Assembly (NCBI GenBank): GCA_964512995.1
Contig: CAZELM010000003.1
Span: 33,379 to 97,378 of the forward strand
DNA length: 64,000 nt
Source: an uncultured bacterium
Lineage (GTDB): Bacteria > CSSED10-310
Direction of reading: 5' to 3'
The notes under the pieces: generated by a model
Databases searched by the model: none
What the model was told of the DNA's origin: nothing
Seen by the model: the letters and a program-made list of their open reading frames with translations, nothing else
Made by a program: the position numbers and the translations under genes
Shown: positions 17,478 to 27,263 of the stretch, piece by piece
How the letters are laid out: the number at the start of each line of letters is the position of its first letter
How positions within the stretch are numbered: the stretch's first letter is position 1

Positions 17478-19241
17478 ATGAACAATATCGTGGGAACTAA
17501 TACCATTTTAACCCGAAGAGCTTTCTGCTGCAGCATTCTGATCGTTATTGCGATCGGATTCGGGTGTGCAAAAAAAACACCCTCCCCAGTTTCTTGCCCC
17601 CCAACTCCATCGTTATCAGAGAAATCAAATTCCGACTTATATTACAAGATACTTTCCGGGCGATATTGGGAGTATGCCGGGGATCCGATAGAGGCTCAAC
17701 GTCAATTTGATAGGATCATGAAGGAAGAATCTGTCGATGCTGATACCTATTATCAATGTGCCAATTTTTGGATTGGACTATCATTTCGAGTCAGACCTCA
17801 AAGCGAGGCGGATAAATTAGTACAGAAAGCCGTAGAAATTTGCGAAGACGGATTGATGGCATTTCCCGAAAATATCAAATTACGGGAGTTACTCATTGAA
17901 TTATATATCAATGAGAAGAATTATTTCTCCGCCATATTTGAGTTTGAAAAGCTCAGAAAGATAATGAAACCAAGCCAGCAGCAATTGATTGATCTTGTAC
18001 GATTATATCTTCATACATCTCAGTCTGCTGAAGCACTTACACTGGCAAATGAATTGGCTGCCAATCCCAATCCGCCTCCGGAGCTAGTAAAAGTGTTTGG
18101 TCTGATATATGCCGCCATGGAGCAGTTTGAAAAAGCCATCGATTATTATCGCGACTACTTGGACAAAAACCCAGATGATTATGAATCACAGTTTAATATG
18201 GCGCTGTGTTATCGAAACATCGGGAGCAATGATCGGGCAGAGCATATTCTTACACGGATGTTGAATATCTGGCCATCGGTTCATGAAATCCGCTTGCAGC
18301 TTGCAGAGATTCTGGAAGCTGAAAATCGTTTTGAAGAAGTCATTGATATATTGAGACCAGTCACTTCTGTTCCCCATTTAGCGATTGAGTCCAGAGTAAG
18401 TATCGGCCGTATGTTTTTGATAATGAAAAATTTCAGTGACGCTGAGAAATGGTTTCGGGAAGCGTTGACGATGGATGGCGCAAATCGATTGGCTCTTTAC
18501 TATCTGGGCGTGACGTTATCGGAACTTGGAAGGCATCAGGAAGCCTTGGATCTCCTGGGACAGATTATCGAACAGGAACCGATCTCGATACCCATTATCA
18601 GTATTGCTGCGGAAGTTGAAAAAAAAATGGGAAACCTGCTCAAAGCGCTTCGGCTGGCAGAAAAAGCGATCAAAGCTTATCCGCGTGATCCCCGTCCGTA
18701 TATGCTCCTTGCTGAACTCTATGGATCTGAGGAATACAGTGAAAAAGCAATCAATGCTTATGAACGTGGATTGAAGAATATTCCAGATGATCGGGAATTG
18801 ACATTGTCGCTTGCGCTGTTATTGGAGAAAAAAGGTCAATGGAAGCGAGCTGTGAAGGAGGTTGAAAAGCTGTTCACCGTCTATCCTGACGATACTGAGT
18901 TATATAATTTTGTCGGCTACACTCTGGCAGATCATAATCAGAACCTGAAACAAGCGGAAAAGCTGATCCGCAAGGCACTTGCGCGTGAACCTACTAATCC
19001 AGCGTATCTTGATAGCATGGGTTGGGTATATTATCGCCAGGGGAAATATGAAGATGCATTGGATTTCCTTGAGCAGGCGATCGATCAGATGCCCAAGGAT
19101 CCATTATTGTTGGACCATCTTGCCGATACCTATCTCCGATTGAATCGAAGGGAAGATGCCGTGAACACATTGGAACGGATATTGGAGATCACTCCCGATG
19201 ATGAACGTGTTTTGGAAAAACTCAGACAGCTTCGCAATTGA
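17478..19241 (+). CDS. TPR-repeat lipoprotein (587 aa)
   Basis: Signal peptide with lipobox IGFGC. More than ten TPR-like helical repeats throughout. Confidence 0.7.
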   Translation: MNNIVGTNTILTRRAFCCSILIVIAIGFGCAKKTPSPVSCPPTPSLSEKSNSDLYYKILSGRYWEYAGDPIEAQRQFDRIMKEESVDADTYYQCANFWIGLSFRVRPQSEADKLVQKAVEICEDGLMAFPENIKLRELLIELYINEKNYFSAIFEFEKLRKIMKPSQQQLIDLVRLYLHTSQSAEALTLANELAANPNPPPELVKVFGLIYAAMEQFEKAIDYYRDYLDKNPDDYESQFNMALCYRNIGSNDRAEHILTRMLNIWPSVHEIRLQLAEILEAENRFEEVIDILRPVTSVPHLAIESRVSIGRMFLIMKNFSDAEKWFREALTMDGANRLALYYLGVTLSELGRHQEALDLLGQIIEQEPISIPIISIAAEVEKKMGNLLKALRLAEKAIKAYPRDPRPYMLLAELYGSEEYSEKAINAYERGLKNIPDDRELTLSLALLLEKKGQWKRAVKEVEKLFTVYPDDTELYNFVGYTLADHNQNLKQAEKLIRKALAREPTNPAYLDSMGWVYYRQGKYEDALDFLEQAIDQMPKDPLLLDHLADTYLRLNRREDAVNTLERILEITPDDERVLEKLRQLRN

Positions 19242-19250
19242 GAGATTCCT

Positions 19251-19889
19251 TTGATGCTCAAATATATGATCCGTGTATTCATAATTCTGTTGTTTCTGAG
19301 TGCTTGTAGTTGCCTTGGAGTTACCAGGTTGCGTCCCAATGACTCTACACCGGTTACACAGGGACAGGTACATTTTTTATGGAATTCCCGGACAAAGCGA
19401 GTGTCTGGATCTGCGAACATAGCCATGAATAGAACGGGGTTATTTCGTTGTGAGATAGTAGATCCGACTGGAACGACGCTCTACATTATTCTGATCAAGC
19501 AATCCCAGATGAAGATTTACGATTTAGCGAATCGGTGTTATGTCAGCATGGAGGATTTGAGTGTCAAAACAGAGCGGTTTATGGGAATTCCAGTGGATGG
19601 AGAGCAGTTGTATCGACTTTTATGTATGGATCCATGGCCTGATCGAGTGACACGAAAAATGTATCGGAAGGATGCAGTGGATGTTCTGGAGGTTGCCTTT
19701 TTTCCGGAAACAGCCGATCAATTCGGCTCCCTGTTATTAGATCTGCGGAATATTGAAACAAAATTGGAAATCACTTGGGATAGCCGGGGATACGGGAATT
19801 TGCCCAATATGATGACGATTTTCCATGAGGATCGATTTCTGTGGTGTGAACGAGAATGGGTTTCATCCTTCCTGGGTGATTTGCTATGA
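19251..19889 (+). CDS. Putative LolB-like / DUF4292-type outer-membrane lipoprotein
   Basis: Lipobox LFLSAC/SC. ~210 aa. Sits immediately upstream of ispE-prs as lolB does in the conserved lolB-ispE-prs arrangement. Confidence 0.5.
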   Translation: MMLKYMIRVFIILLFLSACSCLGVTRLRPNDSTPVTQGQVHFLWNSRTKRVSGSANIAMNRTGLFRCEIVDPTGTTLYIILIKQSQMKIYDLANRCYVSMEDLSVKTERFMGIPVDGEQLYRLLCMDPWPDRVTRKMYRKDAVDVLEVAFFPETADQFGSLLLDLRNIETKLEITWDSRGYGNLPNMMTIFHEDRFLWCEREWVSSFLGDLL

Positions 19890-20752
19890 TCCGTGCCTTA
19901 TCTCCAGCGAAGATAAATCTGATATTGCGAATTATCGGAAAACGAGTGGATGGATACCATGAAGTGAAAACGATCATGCAGGCGATATCGCTGGCGGATG
20001 AAATTGAATTTGAAATCGGAGCAACCGGTATCTCGATTGAATCGAATGAGGGGAAATTACCATGTGATTGCAACAATTTGATTTATAAAGCGGCGGAGAA
20101 GTTTTCCCAAAAAACTGCCCTCCCTCCACAGTGGCGATTTAGAGTAGATAAAAGAATTCCTTTATCCAGTGGACTTGGAGGTGGTTCATCGAACGCCGCC
20201 ACTGTGCTGTTAATGCTCAATCAATTTTATCAGTTTCCTCTTTCTTCGTCGCAGCTTGTCGAGATTTCTTCCGGTATTGGGAGTGATGTTCCGTTTTTTT
20301 TGTATGGAGGAACGGCATTCGGACAGGGACGGGGTGAGATCATCTCGGAACTGCCATTTCCGGGTTCTATTTCTATCGTGCTGATTAATCCCGGGTTCGG
20401 GGTATCGACAGCAAAAATATATCATAGATTAAACTGGGTATTGACAAGTGATCGGATGATTTCTAATATACCTCCCGTTTTACCGGCCAAGATGCAATGG
20501 TCCGTTCTGATTCAATCCATAAAAAATGATCTCGAATCAGTAGTTTTGGCTGAATATCCCGAGATTGGAGAGATAAAACAATGGCTGTTGCAGCAAGGTG
20601 CGGATACGGCAGCCGTTAGTGGCAGTGGTGGAACTGTTTTTGGAATATTTTTTTCAAAAGAAGATGCAGAAAGAACTGCTATTAAGGCAAAACAACTTTT
20701 CCCGTGGGTTGAAGTCGGGTATACGGTAGACCGCCATTCCATGAGGAAGTGA
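19886..20752 (+). CDS. ispE: 4-diphosphocytidyl-2-C-methyl-D-erythritol kinase IspE
   Basis: GHMP kinase motif PLSSGLGGGSSNAATVL. Start overlaps the upstream stop. Confidence 0.9.
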   Translation: MIRALSPAKINLILRIIGKRVDGYHEVKTIMQAISLADEIEFEIGATGISIESNEGKLPCDCNNLIYKAAEKFSQKTALPPQWRFRVDKRIPLSSGLGGGSSNAATVLLMLNQFYQFPLSSSQLVEISSGIGSDVPFFLYGGTAFGQGRGEIISELPFPGSISIVLINPGFGVSTAKIYHRLNWVLTSDRMISNIPPVLPAKMQWSVLIQSIKNDLESVVLAEYPEIGEIKQWLLQQGADTAAVSGSGGTVFGIFFSKEDAERTAIKAKQLFPWVEVGYTVDRHSMRK

Positions 20753-20758
20753 TTATTC

Positions 20759-20830
20759 TGGGGCGTCGGCAAGCGGTAAGCCACTGGTTTTTGGTACCAG
20801 CATTCGTGGGTTCGAATCCTACCGCCCCAG
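20759..20830 (+). tRNA. tRNA-Gln (anticodon TTG)
   Basis: Cloverleaf folds by hand: 7-bp acceptor TGGGGCG/CGCCCCA, anticodon loop TTTTGGT, T-loop GGTTCGAATCC. Close to the E. coli tRNA-Gln sequence. No CCA encoded. Confidence 0.85.
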
Positions 20831-20875
20831 CTTTTGTTTTCTTTGGGGAGTTTTCAACGAGTGGGAGGTGTTCCA

Positions 20876-21838
20876 TTGACAGAGAATTATAATTTCAAAG
20901 TTTTCTATGGCTCAGCTCATCCAGCGTTGGGAAAAGAAATCTGTACGTATTTAGGTGTTGAACCCGGGGAAATATGCAATAGACGCTTTGCCGATGGCGA
21001 GATTTTTATTCAGATCGAAGAAAACGTGAGAGGTCAGGATGTGTTCCTCGTTCAGCCAACTTGTGCGCCTGCTAATGATAACCTGATGGAGCTGTTGATT
21101 ATGATTGATGCAGCACAACGGGCATCTGCCAAGCGGATTACCGCCGTGTTGCCTTATTACGGCTATGCGCGGCAGGATCGCAAAGATAAACCACGAGTTC
21201 CGATCAGTGCAAGACTCGTTGCAGATCTTTTGACGGTTGCCGGTGCCAATCGTGTTCTGACAATTGATCTCCATGCCGGACAAATACAAGGCTTTTTTAA
21301 GATACCAGTCGACCACTTATTCGCAACTCCGGTCTTTATCAAATATATACAGCAACAGGATTATGCCGAGAATATTATGGTGGTATCCCCCGATGCGGGC
21401 GGTGTCGAACGAGCTCGTTTTCTGGCCCGGTATCTGAGCGCGGATCTGGCTGTCGCTGACAAAAGACGCAAAGATCCCAATGTCGCTGAGTCGATCCGCA
21501 TTATTGGAGATGTCACTGGAAGAAATATTTTAATTGTTGACGATATTATTGATACAGCAGGCACATTGATGAAAACAGTTGATGCCTTGAAAAAAGCGGG
21601 AGCTAAAAAAATTATTGCCTGCTGTTCCCATGGTGTATTCTCACCACCAGCGTTGGAACTGATCCGGGAAAATGAAAATCTTCAGGAAGTCATTGTGACA
21701 AATTCTGTTTGCCATAATCCAAAATCATTGGAAATACCAAAGGTAACCGTCCTTTCCATTGCATCATTGCTGGCAGAGGCAATCCTGTGTATCCACAATG
21801 AAACATCAATCAGCTCATTATTCCTTTCTAAAAATTAA
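20876..21838 (+). CDS. prs: Ribose-phosphate pyrophosphokinase Prs. I place the start at TTG 20876 (GGGAGG RBS); the ORF-track start at 20834 is only 4 nt after the tRNA. A GTG at 20861 is an alternative
   Basis: Strong similarity to Prs (RFADGEIFIQIEENVRGQDVF, PYYGYARQDRK, DLHAGQIQGFF, VDDIIDTAGT). Confidence 0.9.
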   Translation: MTENYNFKVFYGSAHPALGKEICTYLGVEPGEICNRRFADGEIFIQIEENVRGQDVFLVQPTCAPANDNLMELLIMIDAAQRASAKRITAVLPYYGYARQDRKDKPRVPISARLVADLLTVAGANRVLTIDLHAGQIQGFFKIPVDHLFATPVFIKYIQQQDYAENIMVVSPDAGGVERARFLARYLSADLAVADKRRKDPNVAESIRIIGDVTGRNILIVDDIIDTAGTLMKTVDALKKAGAKKIIACCSHGVFSPPALELIRENENLQEVIVTNSVCHNPKSLEIPKVTVLSIASLLAEAILCIHNETSISSLFLSKN

Positions 21839-21883
21839 TACCATGCTCGGAGTATTTTCGGGAATCCGGGAGGATAGTAGCAT

Positions 21884-22510
21884 ATGGACATTCAAATACA
21901 GGCAAAATTGAAATCTGAATCGGGAAAGGGCCGAAGCAGAAAATTGAGAAAAGCAGGCAATGTGCCAGCAGTAGTATATGGTCCGAATCAAAAAGCAATC
22001 GCATTGGCGGTAGAAAATTATCAGGTTGAAAAAATTTTGACGACAATTGGTCGGCGAAGAATCATGAATATGATGATAAATGATGCATCCGATTTGCATG
22101 ATATTCAAGTGATGTTTAAAGATATCCAGAGAAATCCACTGACCGGCGAATTGCTCCATGTCGACTTCTATGCAATTAAAAGCGATGAAAAACTCAATAC
22201 CATCGTACCATTGCTTCTTCAAGGCGTTCCGGTTGGGGTAAAAGATCAGGGTGGCACCTTGCAGTTTCTGACACGGCAAGTGCGTATCCAGTGTCTTCCT
22301 AATGTTCTTCCTGAATACCTTAGAGTCGATATATCCAATTTAGCTCTTGGACAGACGATCTCAATTTCTGATATTGAAGTTGACTCAGAAATTAAAATCC
22401 TCGAGGATCGGAACAAAGTGATTGCTTCGGTTATCACGATCAGTGCCGCTTCTGAACATGAAAAGGGTGGTGCTGAAACAGCGGCCGATGAAACCTCTAA
22501 ATCGAAATAA
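21884..22510 (+). CDS. rplY: Ribosomal protein L25/general stress protein Ctc
   Basis: N-terminal L25 domain (RKAGNVPAVVYG) plus a Ctc-type C-terminal extension. prs-ctc-pth synteny. Confidence 0.85.
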   Translation: MDIQIQAKLKSESGKGRSRKLRKAGNVPAVVYGPNQKAIALAVENYQVEKILTTIGRRRIMNMMINDASDLHDIQVMFKDIQRNPLTGELLHVDFYAIKSDEKLNTIVPLLLQGVPVGVKDQGGTLQFLTRQVRIQCLPNVLPEYLRVDISNLALGQTISISDIEVDSEIKILEDRNKVIASVITISAASEHEKGGAETAADETSKSK

Positions 22511-22541
22511 CCCCAGTTTTTCTCCTTAGCCGATCATTACC

Positions 22542-23210
22542 ATGGATTATAAAGTCGCAATCGGGCTCGGTAATCCTGGTGAGAAATACCGTGCGACAAG
22601 ACATAACATAGGATTCGAGGTCATTGATTACATTTACACACGCTGGCGTAGTTTCGGGTGGACATGTAATCGATATGTTCAGTTTAGTTCGGTCGCAAGT
22701 CAGGGGATGATGTTTTATTTGGTAAAACCTGTTATGTATATGAATTTGTCGGGAGTCGCCATCGATTATTTCCTGAAGGAGAAAGGGGTTTTGCCGAGCG
22801 AGATGGTTGTCATTCATGATGATTTGGATCTTGATCGAGGACGAATAAAGATCAAGCATGCGGGTGGTAATGCTGGTCATAAAGGACTGGATTCCATTTG
22901 TGAATCAGTGGGCACTCGTGATTTCACTCGTATTCGGATTGGTATCGGCCGGCCAGCCATCCGTACCGCCGTTGTGGATTATGTACTCGAGCGACCAACC
23001 GATCCTGAAGAACTATCAATGCGGCAATTAAGTATCATCCTGGCAGGAAACGCTCTTGAAGTTCTCGTTTACCAAGGATTGAAATCTGCCATGGATCAAT
23101 ATAATCAACGTGATACGATCAGGATTAATAGAGAATTATCACATGATACCAGTTCTGAACCCATTTTGGGTAAGAATGGTGAAAGGGGGAATTTTTCTGA
23201 AAACATATGA
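22542..23210 (+). CDS. pth: Peptidyl-tRNA hydrolase Pth (with a ~30-aa C-terminal extension)
   Basis: LGNPGEKYRATRHNIGF, HDDLDL, GGHNGL-like GGNAGHKGL motifs. Confidence 0.9.
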   Translation: MDYKVAIGLGNPGEKYRATRHNIGFEVIDYIYTRWRSFGWTCNRYVQFSSVASQGMMFYLVKPVMYMNLSGVAIDYFLKEKGVLPSEMVVIHDDLDLDRGRIKIKHAGGNAGHKGLDSICESVGTRDFTRIRIGIGRPAIRTAVVDYVLERPTDPEELSMRQLSIILAGNALEVLVYQGLKSAMDQYNQRDTIRINRELSHDTSSEPILGKNGERGNFSENI

Positions 23211-23715
23211 AATCGTCTGTATTTTGAATCCAAGTTTGGCCAATGAAAAAGTAGAGGAAAAAATCAATGCATGGAGAAATATTGTGAGCAACCTCGGAGG
23301 CAATCTTGTGAAGCTTCTGCGCTGGGGCAAACGGACTCTTGCCTATGAAGTTGATAAATTGCACCAAGGCATTTTTATCCTCATGCATGTTCAAGGTCCC
23401 CATCAAGTTGTGGCAGAACTGGAACGGCAGTTTAAAATATCGGAGGATGTTCTGAGGAGTCAGACCGTGAGATTGTCTCCGAATGAACTCAAGGTTTCTG
23501 AATCAATCATAGAAAAAATGATGACAACACCAAAATCAGAAATGGGAGATGGTGAAGCTGATTCTGAAACCGAAAGAAAAGAATCAAATCATCGGCGGTT
23601 TAAATCAAGGGATGATGATGAAGACGAATCAGGTGATGACCATGAGGAAGATTCAGACTCTGATGATGAATTTTATAACGATTCCGAGGATGACTCCAAC
23701 CGGAGATCAAAATAA
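23176..23715 (+). CDS. rpsF: Ribosomal protein S6 with a long poly-acidic C-terminal tail. Start is uncertain: ATG 23176 or a non-ATG start at ~23197; it overlaps the pth 3' end
   Basis: KTYEIVCILNPSL...LRWGKRTLAYEV aligns with bacterial S6. Tail DDDEDESGDDHEEDSDSDDE. Confidence 0.75.
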   Translation: MVKGGIFLKTYEIVCILNPSLANEKVEEKINAWRNIVSNLGGNLVKLLRWGKRTLAYEVDKLHQGIFILMHVQGPHQVVAELERQFKISEDVLRSQTVRLSPNELKVSESIIEKMMTTPKSEMGDGEADSETERKESNHRRFKSRDDDEDESGDDHEEDSDSDDEFYNDSEDDSNRRSK

Positions 23716-23789
23716 CGGACATTGGGAGCGACAGTCTTTCGGACCATTGCTGTCGGTGAGCATGAATATGCATTCAGGAGGATAAGTGC

Positions 23790-24230
23790 ATGGAAGTGAT
23801 ACTGCGGCAAAATGTCAAGGGTCTCGGAAAAACAGGAAACCGGGTCAAAGTTGCAGATGGATATGCGCGGAATTTTTTGATTCCAAAGGGATTGGCTGTC
23901 CCTGCAAATGAGCAAATGGTGATCGCATTAAAAAATGAAAAGTCACAAGAAATCCTGAAAAAAGACAGAGAAATCAAAAAAGCCAGAGAACTTTCAGAGC
24001 TGTTGTCTAAAACAACAATCACCATAAACAAACAGGCAACAGACGGAGATAAATTATTTGGCTCCGTCACCGTTTCCGATATTTTAAAATGTCTTGAAGA
24101 TCAAGGCATTGCGCTGGAAAAGAGACAGATCTTACTCCCGGAACCGATCAAAACATTGGGACTTCATCCGATCAAAATCAAACTGGCATCCGATATCGAA
24201 TCTGTTTTGAAAATCTGGGTCGAGAAATAA
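23790..24230 (+). CDS. rplI: Ribosomal protein L9
   Basis: MEVILRQNVKGLGKTGNRVKVADGYARNFLIPKGLA. Precedes dnaB as in many bacteria. Confidence 0.9.
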   Translation: MEVILRQNVKGLGKTGNRVKVADGYARNFLIPKGLAVPANEQMVIALKNEKSQEILKKDREIKKARELSELLSKTTITINKQATDGDKLFGSVTVSDILKCLEDQGIALEKRQILLPEPIKTLGLHPIKIKLASDIESVLKIWVEK

Positions 24231-24248
24231 ACAGCTCAGGTATTAACA

Positions 24249-25664
24249 ATGGAAACTACTGCACCATCGAGCAAACGCCTCCCGCCGTACAGTCTGGAGG
24301 CAGAGCGAGCGGTGTTAGGTGGGATTCTGCTTCATAATGAGTTGATCAATTCCGTATCCGAACTGATCAAGCCGGAAGATTTTTATAGCGAATTGCATCA
24401 GATTCTGTTTGAGGGAATGATTGTTCTTACAGAACAGAATACTGGATTAGATTTTGTTACCATCAAGAACTATCTCCAGAAAACCGGGAAAATCACAATG
24501 TTAGATGGAATGCAATCGGTCGTCGATCTTTGCGAGTCGACATCCTCTGCATCCAATGTTACTTATCACGCTACCATCATCAAAGATAAATCAATGTTGA
24601 GGCGGCTTATCCATAAAGCCGAAGAAATAATTGCTCGGGCTTATCAGGCGGAAGGCGAAGTAAGAGATATCGTTGATGATGCAGAAGCATCGATATTCGA
24701 AATTGCACAAGTAAGTGAAAGTGAAGGTCCCAGACATATTGAAGATATTTTGCATGGGACATTCGATGATTTGGAACGCTTGTCAAAAACACCTCAACTT
24801 GTCACAGGAATTCCCTCCGGATTCCAGGAGCTGGATACTTTGACATCCGGTTTTCATTCTGGTGAACTGATCATCATAGCCGCACGACCTTCGATCGGCA
24901 AAACAACTTTCGCGATGAATATCGTACATAATATTTGTAATCAGGAGAAGAAGCCGTGTCTGGTCTTCAGTCTTGAGATGACTAAGGAGCAGTTGGCACA
25001 AAGATTGTTATGTGCAGAAGCGGAAGTTGAGAGCCAAAAGTTGCGGACCGGTCATATTCGAGGCGAGGACTGGTCACGGCTGGCGCGTGCGGTAACGAAT
25101 CTGTCACACATGCCGTTGTATATTGATGACACACCCGCAATTTCCATCATTGAAATGAGAGCTCGGGCACGTCGTTTAAAATCAAAAGTTGGTCTCGGAT
25201 TGATCATGATTGATTACCTCCAGTTAATGCAAGGCCGCCGGAAGTTTGAAAGCAGGCAGATTGAAATCAGTGAAATATCCCGTTCGTTAAAGTTTATGGC
25301 AAAGGAAATGGCATGTCCTGTCATTGCCCTTTCCCAATTATCACGTGCAGTTGAGATGACGCGAGATTTCCGGCCGCAACTCGCACATTTGAGAGAATCT
25401 GGAGCTATTGAGCAGGATGCAGATTTGGTGTTGTTGCTTTATCGGCCCGAAAAACATGGGATTAAGGAAATAGAAATAAGGGGTCGAAAACAGAATTCTG
25501 AAGGATTAGCTGAAGTGATTATAGCCAAACAGCGCAACGGTCCGCCCGGTTCTGTCTTTTTAGCTTTTCGGGAAAAACTGATGCAATTTATGGAACCCAT
25601 TCTCGATTATGAAACTCCACCTGATGTCCCATATCCAGAGGATGATTATGAGGAAGGCTTTTGA
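24249..25664 (+). CDS. dnaB: Replicative DNA helicase DnaB
   Basis: LPPYSLEAERAVLGGILL N-terminal domain. Walker A GKTTFAMN. RecA-like C-terminal domain. Confidence 0.95.
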   Translation: METTAPSSKRLPPYSLEAERAVLGGILLHNELINSVSELIKPEDFYSELHQILFEGMIVLTEQNTGLDFVTIKNYLQKTGKITMLDGMQSVVDLCESTSSASNVTYHATIIKDKSMLRRLIHKAEEIIARAYQAEGEVRDIVDDAEASIFEIAQVSESEGPRHIEDILHGTFDDLERLSKTPQLVTGIPSGFQELDTLTSGFHSGELIIIAARPSIGKTTFAMNIVHNICNQEKKPCLVFSLEMTKEQLAQRLLCAEAEVESQKLRTGHIRGEDWSRLARAVTNLSHMPLYIDDTPAISIIEMRARARRLKSKVGLGLIMIDYLQLMQGRRKFESRQIEISEISRSLKFMAKEMACPVIALSQLSRAVEMTRDFRPQLAHLRESGAIEQDADLVLLLYRPEKHGIKEIEIRGRKQNSEGLAEVIIAKQRNGPPGSVFLAFREKLMQFMEPILDYETPPDVPYPEDDYEEGF

Positions 25665-26443
25665 TTATGGCAGGAGTTTTATCCTTTTTCGGAGTTCCCC
25701 TTATCCGATTCATAAATGAAAGTGGTAAAATCGTCATACTGGCAATATCTACTTTTTTTTGGACATTTCGACGACCCTTGCGGTTTCGGCTTATCTTTAA
25801 ACAAATGGAGGAGATCGGTGTCCGTTCCTTTCCGGTCGTTATGATTACGGCGACGTTTACTGGCGGGATCCTTGCGCTCCAGAGTTATTCATCATTCAAA
25901 CGATTTAATGCGGAAAGTCTGATTGGAACAATGGTGGCGATTGCATTATGCCGTGAGCTTTCCCCTGTGCTGACTGGATTGATTGTCGCTGGACGTGTGG
26001 GGTCAGCGATGGCTGCCGAGCTTGGGACGATGCGTGTTACCGAGCAGATCGATGCATTGTACACATTGGCAGTAAATCCGATTCATTATCTGATCGTTCC
26101 CCGAATGGTGTCCAGCCTCGTCATGTTGCCCATTCTGACGATGCTGGCTGATGGATTGGGAATCGGAGGAGGATTCCTGGTTGCCACTCAAGTATATGGG
26201 CTTAATCCAACCGTCTATATTCGTGCCTCTTTTGATTATCTGGAGAGTGAAGATGTTTATTCCGGGATTATAAAATCGGCGGTTTTTGGGATCATGATTG
26301 CGATTATTGGGTGTTACAAGGGTTTTTATACAACAGGAGGTGCTGAGGGTGTAGGAAAATCAACGACCTCTGCTGTTGTCGTTGCGATGATGTTGATTTT
26401 AATCTCCGATTACCTGATGGGCGCTTTATTTTTTAGTGTTTAA
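25661..26443 (+). CDS. mlaE: Phospholipid ABC transporter permease MlaE
   Basis: 260 aa, ~5 TM helices. MlaE/Ttg2B-like conserved core (QIDALYTLAVNPI). Start overlaps the dnaB stop. Confidence 0.85.
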   Translation: MIMAGVLSFFGVPLIRFINESGKIVILAISTFFWTFRRPLRFRLIFKQMEEIGVRSFPVVMITATFTGGILALQSYSSFKRFNAESLIGTMVAIALCRELSPVLTGLIVAGRVGSAMAAELGTMRVTEQIDALYTLAVNPIHYLIVPRMVSSLVMLPILTMLADGLGIGGGFLVATQVYGLNPTVYIRASFDYLESEDVYSGIIKSAVFGIMIAIIGCYKGFYTTGGAEGVGKSTTSAVVVAMMLILISDYLMGALFFSV

Positions 26444-26447
26444 CGCT

Positions 26448-27218
26448 ATGTCTCATCTCCAACTACCGGATAAATGCATCCAGATCAGGAGTCTTAAAAA
26501 GACGTTCGGCTCCAAGATTGTTTTGAGTGGTGTGGATCTGGATGTATATCGTGGGGAATCGATCGCAGTTATCGGCGCCAGTGGTACAGGGAAGAGTGTT
26601 CTGATAAAACATATCATCGGTCTGTTGAAACCAGACAGCGGGACAATCATGGTCGATGATGTAAATGTTGCCAGTCTGACGCCATTGGAGCGAGGGGTAT
26701 TTGTCCGACGATTCGGGATGCTTTTTCAAGGGGGGGCTTTGTTTGATTCCATGTCCGTATATCAGAATATCGCATTCCCGATGGTTGAGCGAGCCAGTTA
26801 CTCCAAAGAACAAATCAATAAAAAAGTGATGGAATTGCTGGCTCTTGTGGAGATGGATGGTTGGGAAAATATGTATCCAGCCGATCTGTCAGGCGGCATG
26901 AAAAAACGAATCGGCTTGGCTCGCGCTCTGGCTACGGAGCCAAGTATTATGTTGTATGATGAACCGACAACCGGTCTGGATCCGGTCGTCGGAGGTGTGA
27001 TTGATAAGTTGATTGTGCGAACTCGAGACAAATACCATGTAACATCCATCGCAATTACCCATGACATGAAAAGCGCTTATCGAATCGCTCACCGGATAGC
27101 CATGTTGTATAAGGGGAAAGTGATTTTCGTCGGAACCCCGGAAGAAATTCAGAAGTGTGAAATTCCAGAAGTAAAAAACTTTGTCACAGATAGAGTCTCA
27201 ACTATCTTGGCTCAATAG
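26448..27218 (+). CDS. mlaF: Phospholipid ABC transporter ATP-binding protein MlaF
   Basis: Walker A GASGTGKS, signature LSGGMKKR, Walker B MLYDEPTTGLD. Confidence 0.85.
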   Translation: MSHLQLPDKCIQIRSLKKTFGSKIVLSGVDLDVYRGESIAVIGASGTGKSVLIKHIIGLLKPDSGTIMVDDVNVASLTPLERGVFVRRFGMLFQGGALFDSMSVYQNIAFPMVERASYSKEQINKKVMELLALVEMDGWENMYPADLSGGMKKRIGLARALATEPSIMLYDEPTTGLDPVVGGVIDKLIVRTRDKYHVTSIAITHDMKSAYRIAHRIAMLYKGKVIFVGTPEEIQKCEIPEVKNFVTDRVSTILAQ

Positions 27219-27263
27219 ATAGCAAGAGTTTTCTGCATTGAGTAATAAGGAGATCCCTAATTT

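Noticed and set aside
20834-20875. ORF-track start of prs at TTG 20834
   Set aside because: Only 4 nt after the tRNA-Gln 3' end and without an RBS. A downstream TTG (20876) preceded by GGGAGG gives an N-terminus matching Prs length. Kept as an uncertainty.
20682-20876. 64-aa minus-strand ORF over tRNA-Gln
   Set aside because: Overlaps a tRNA and the ispE 3' end; no support.
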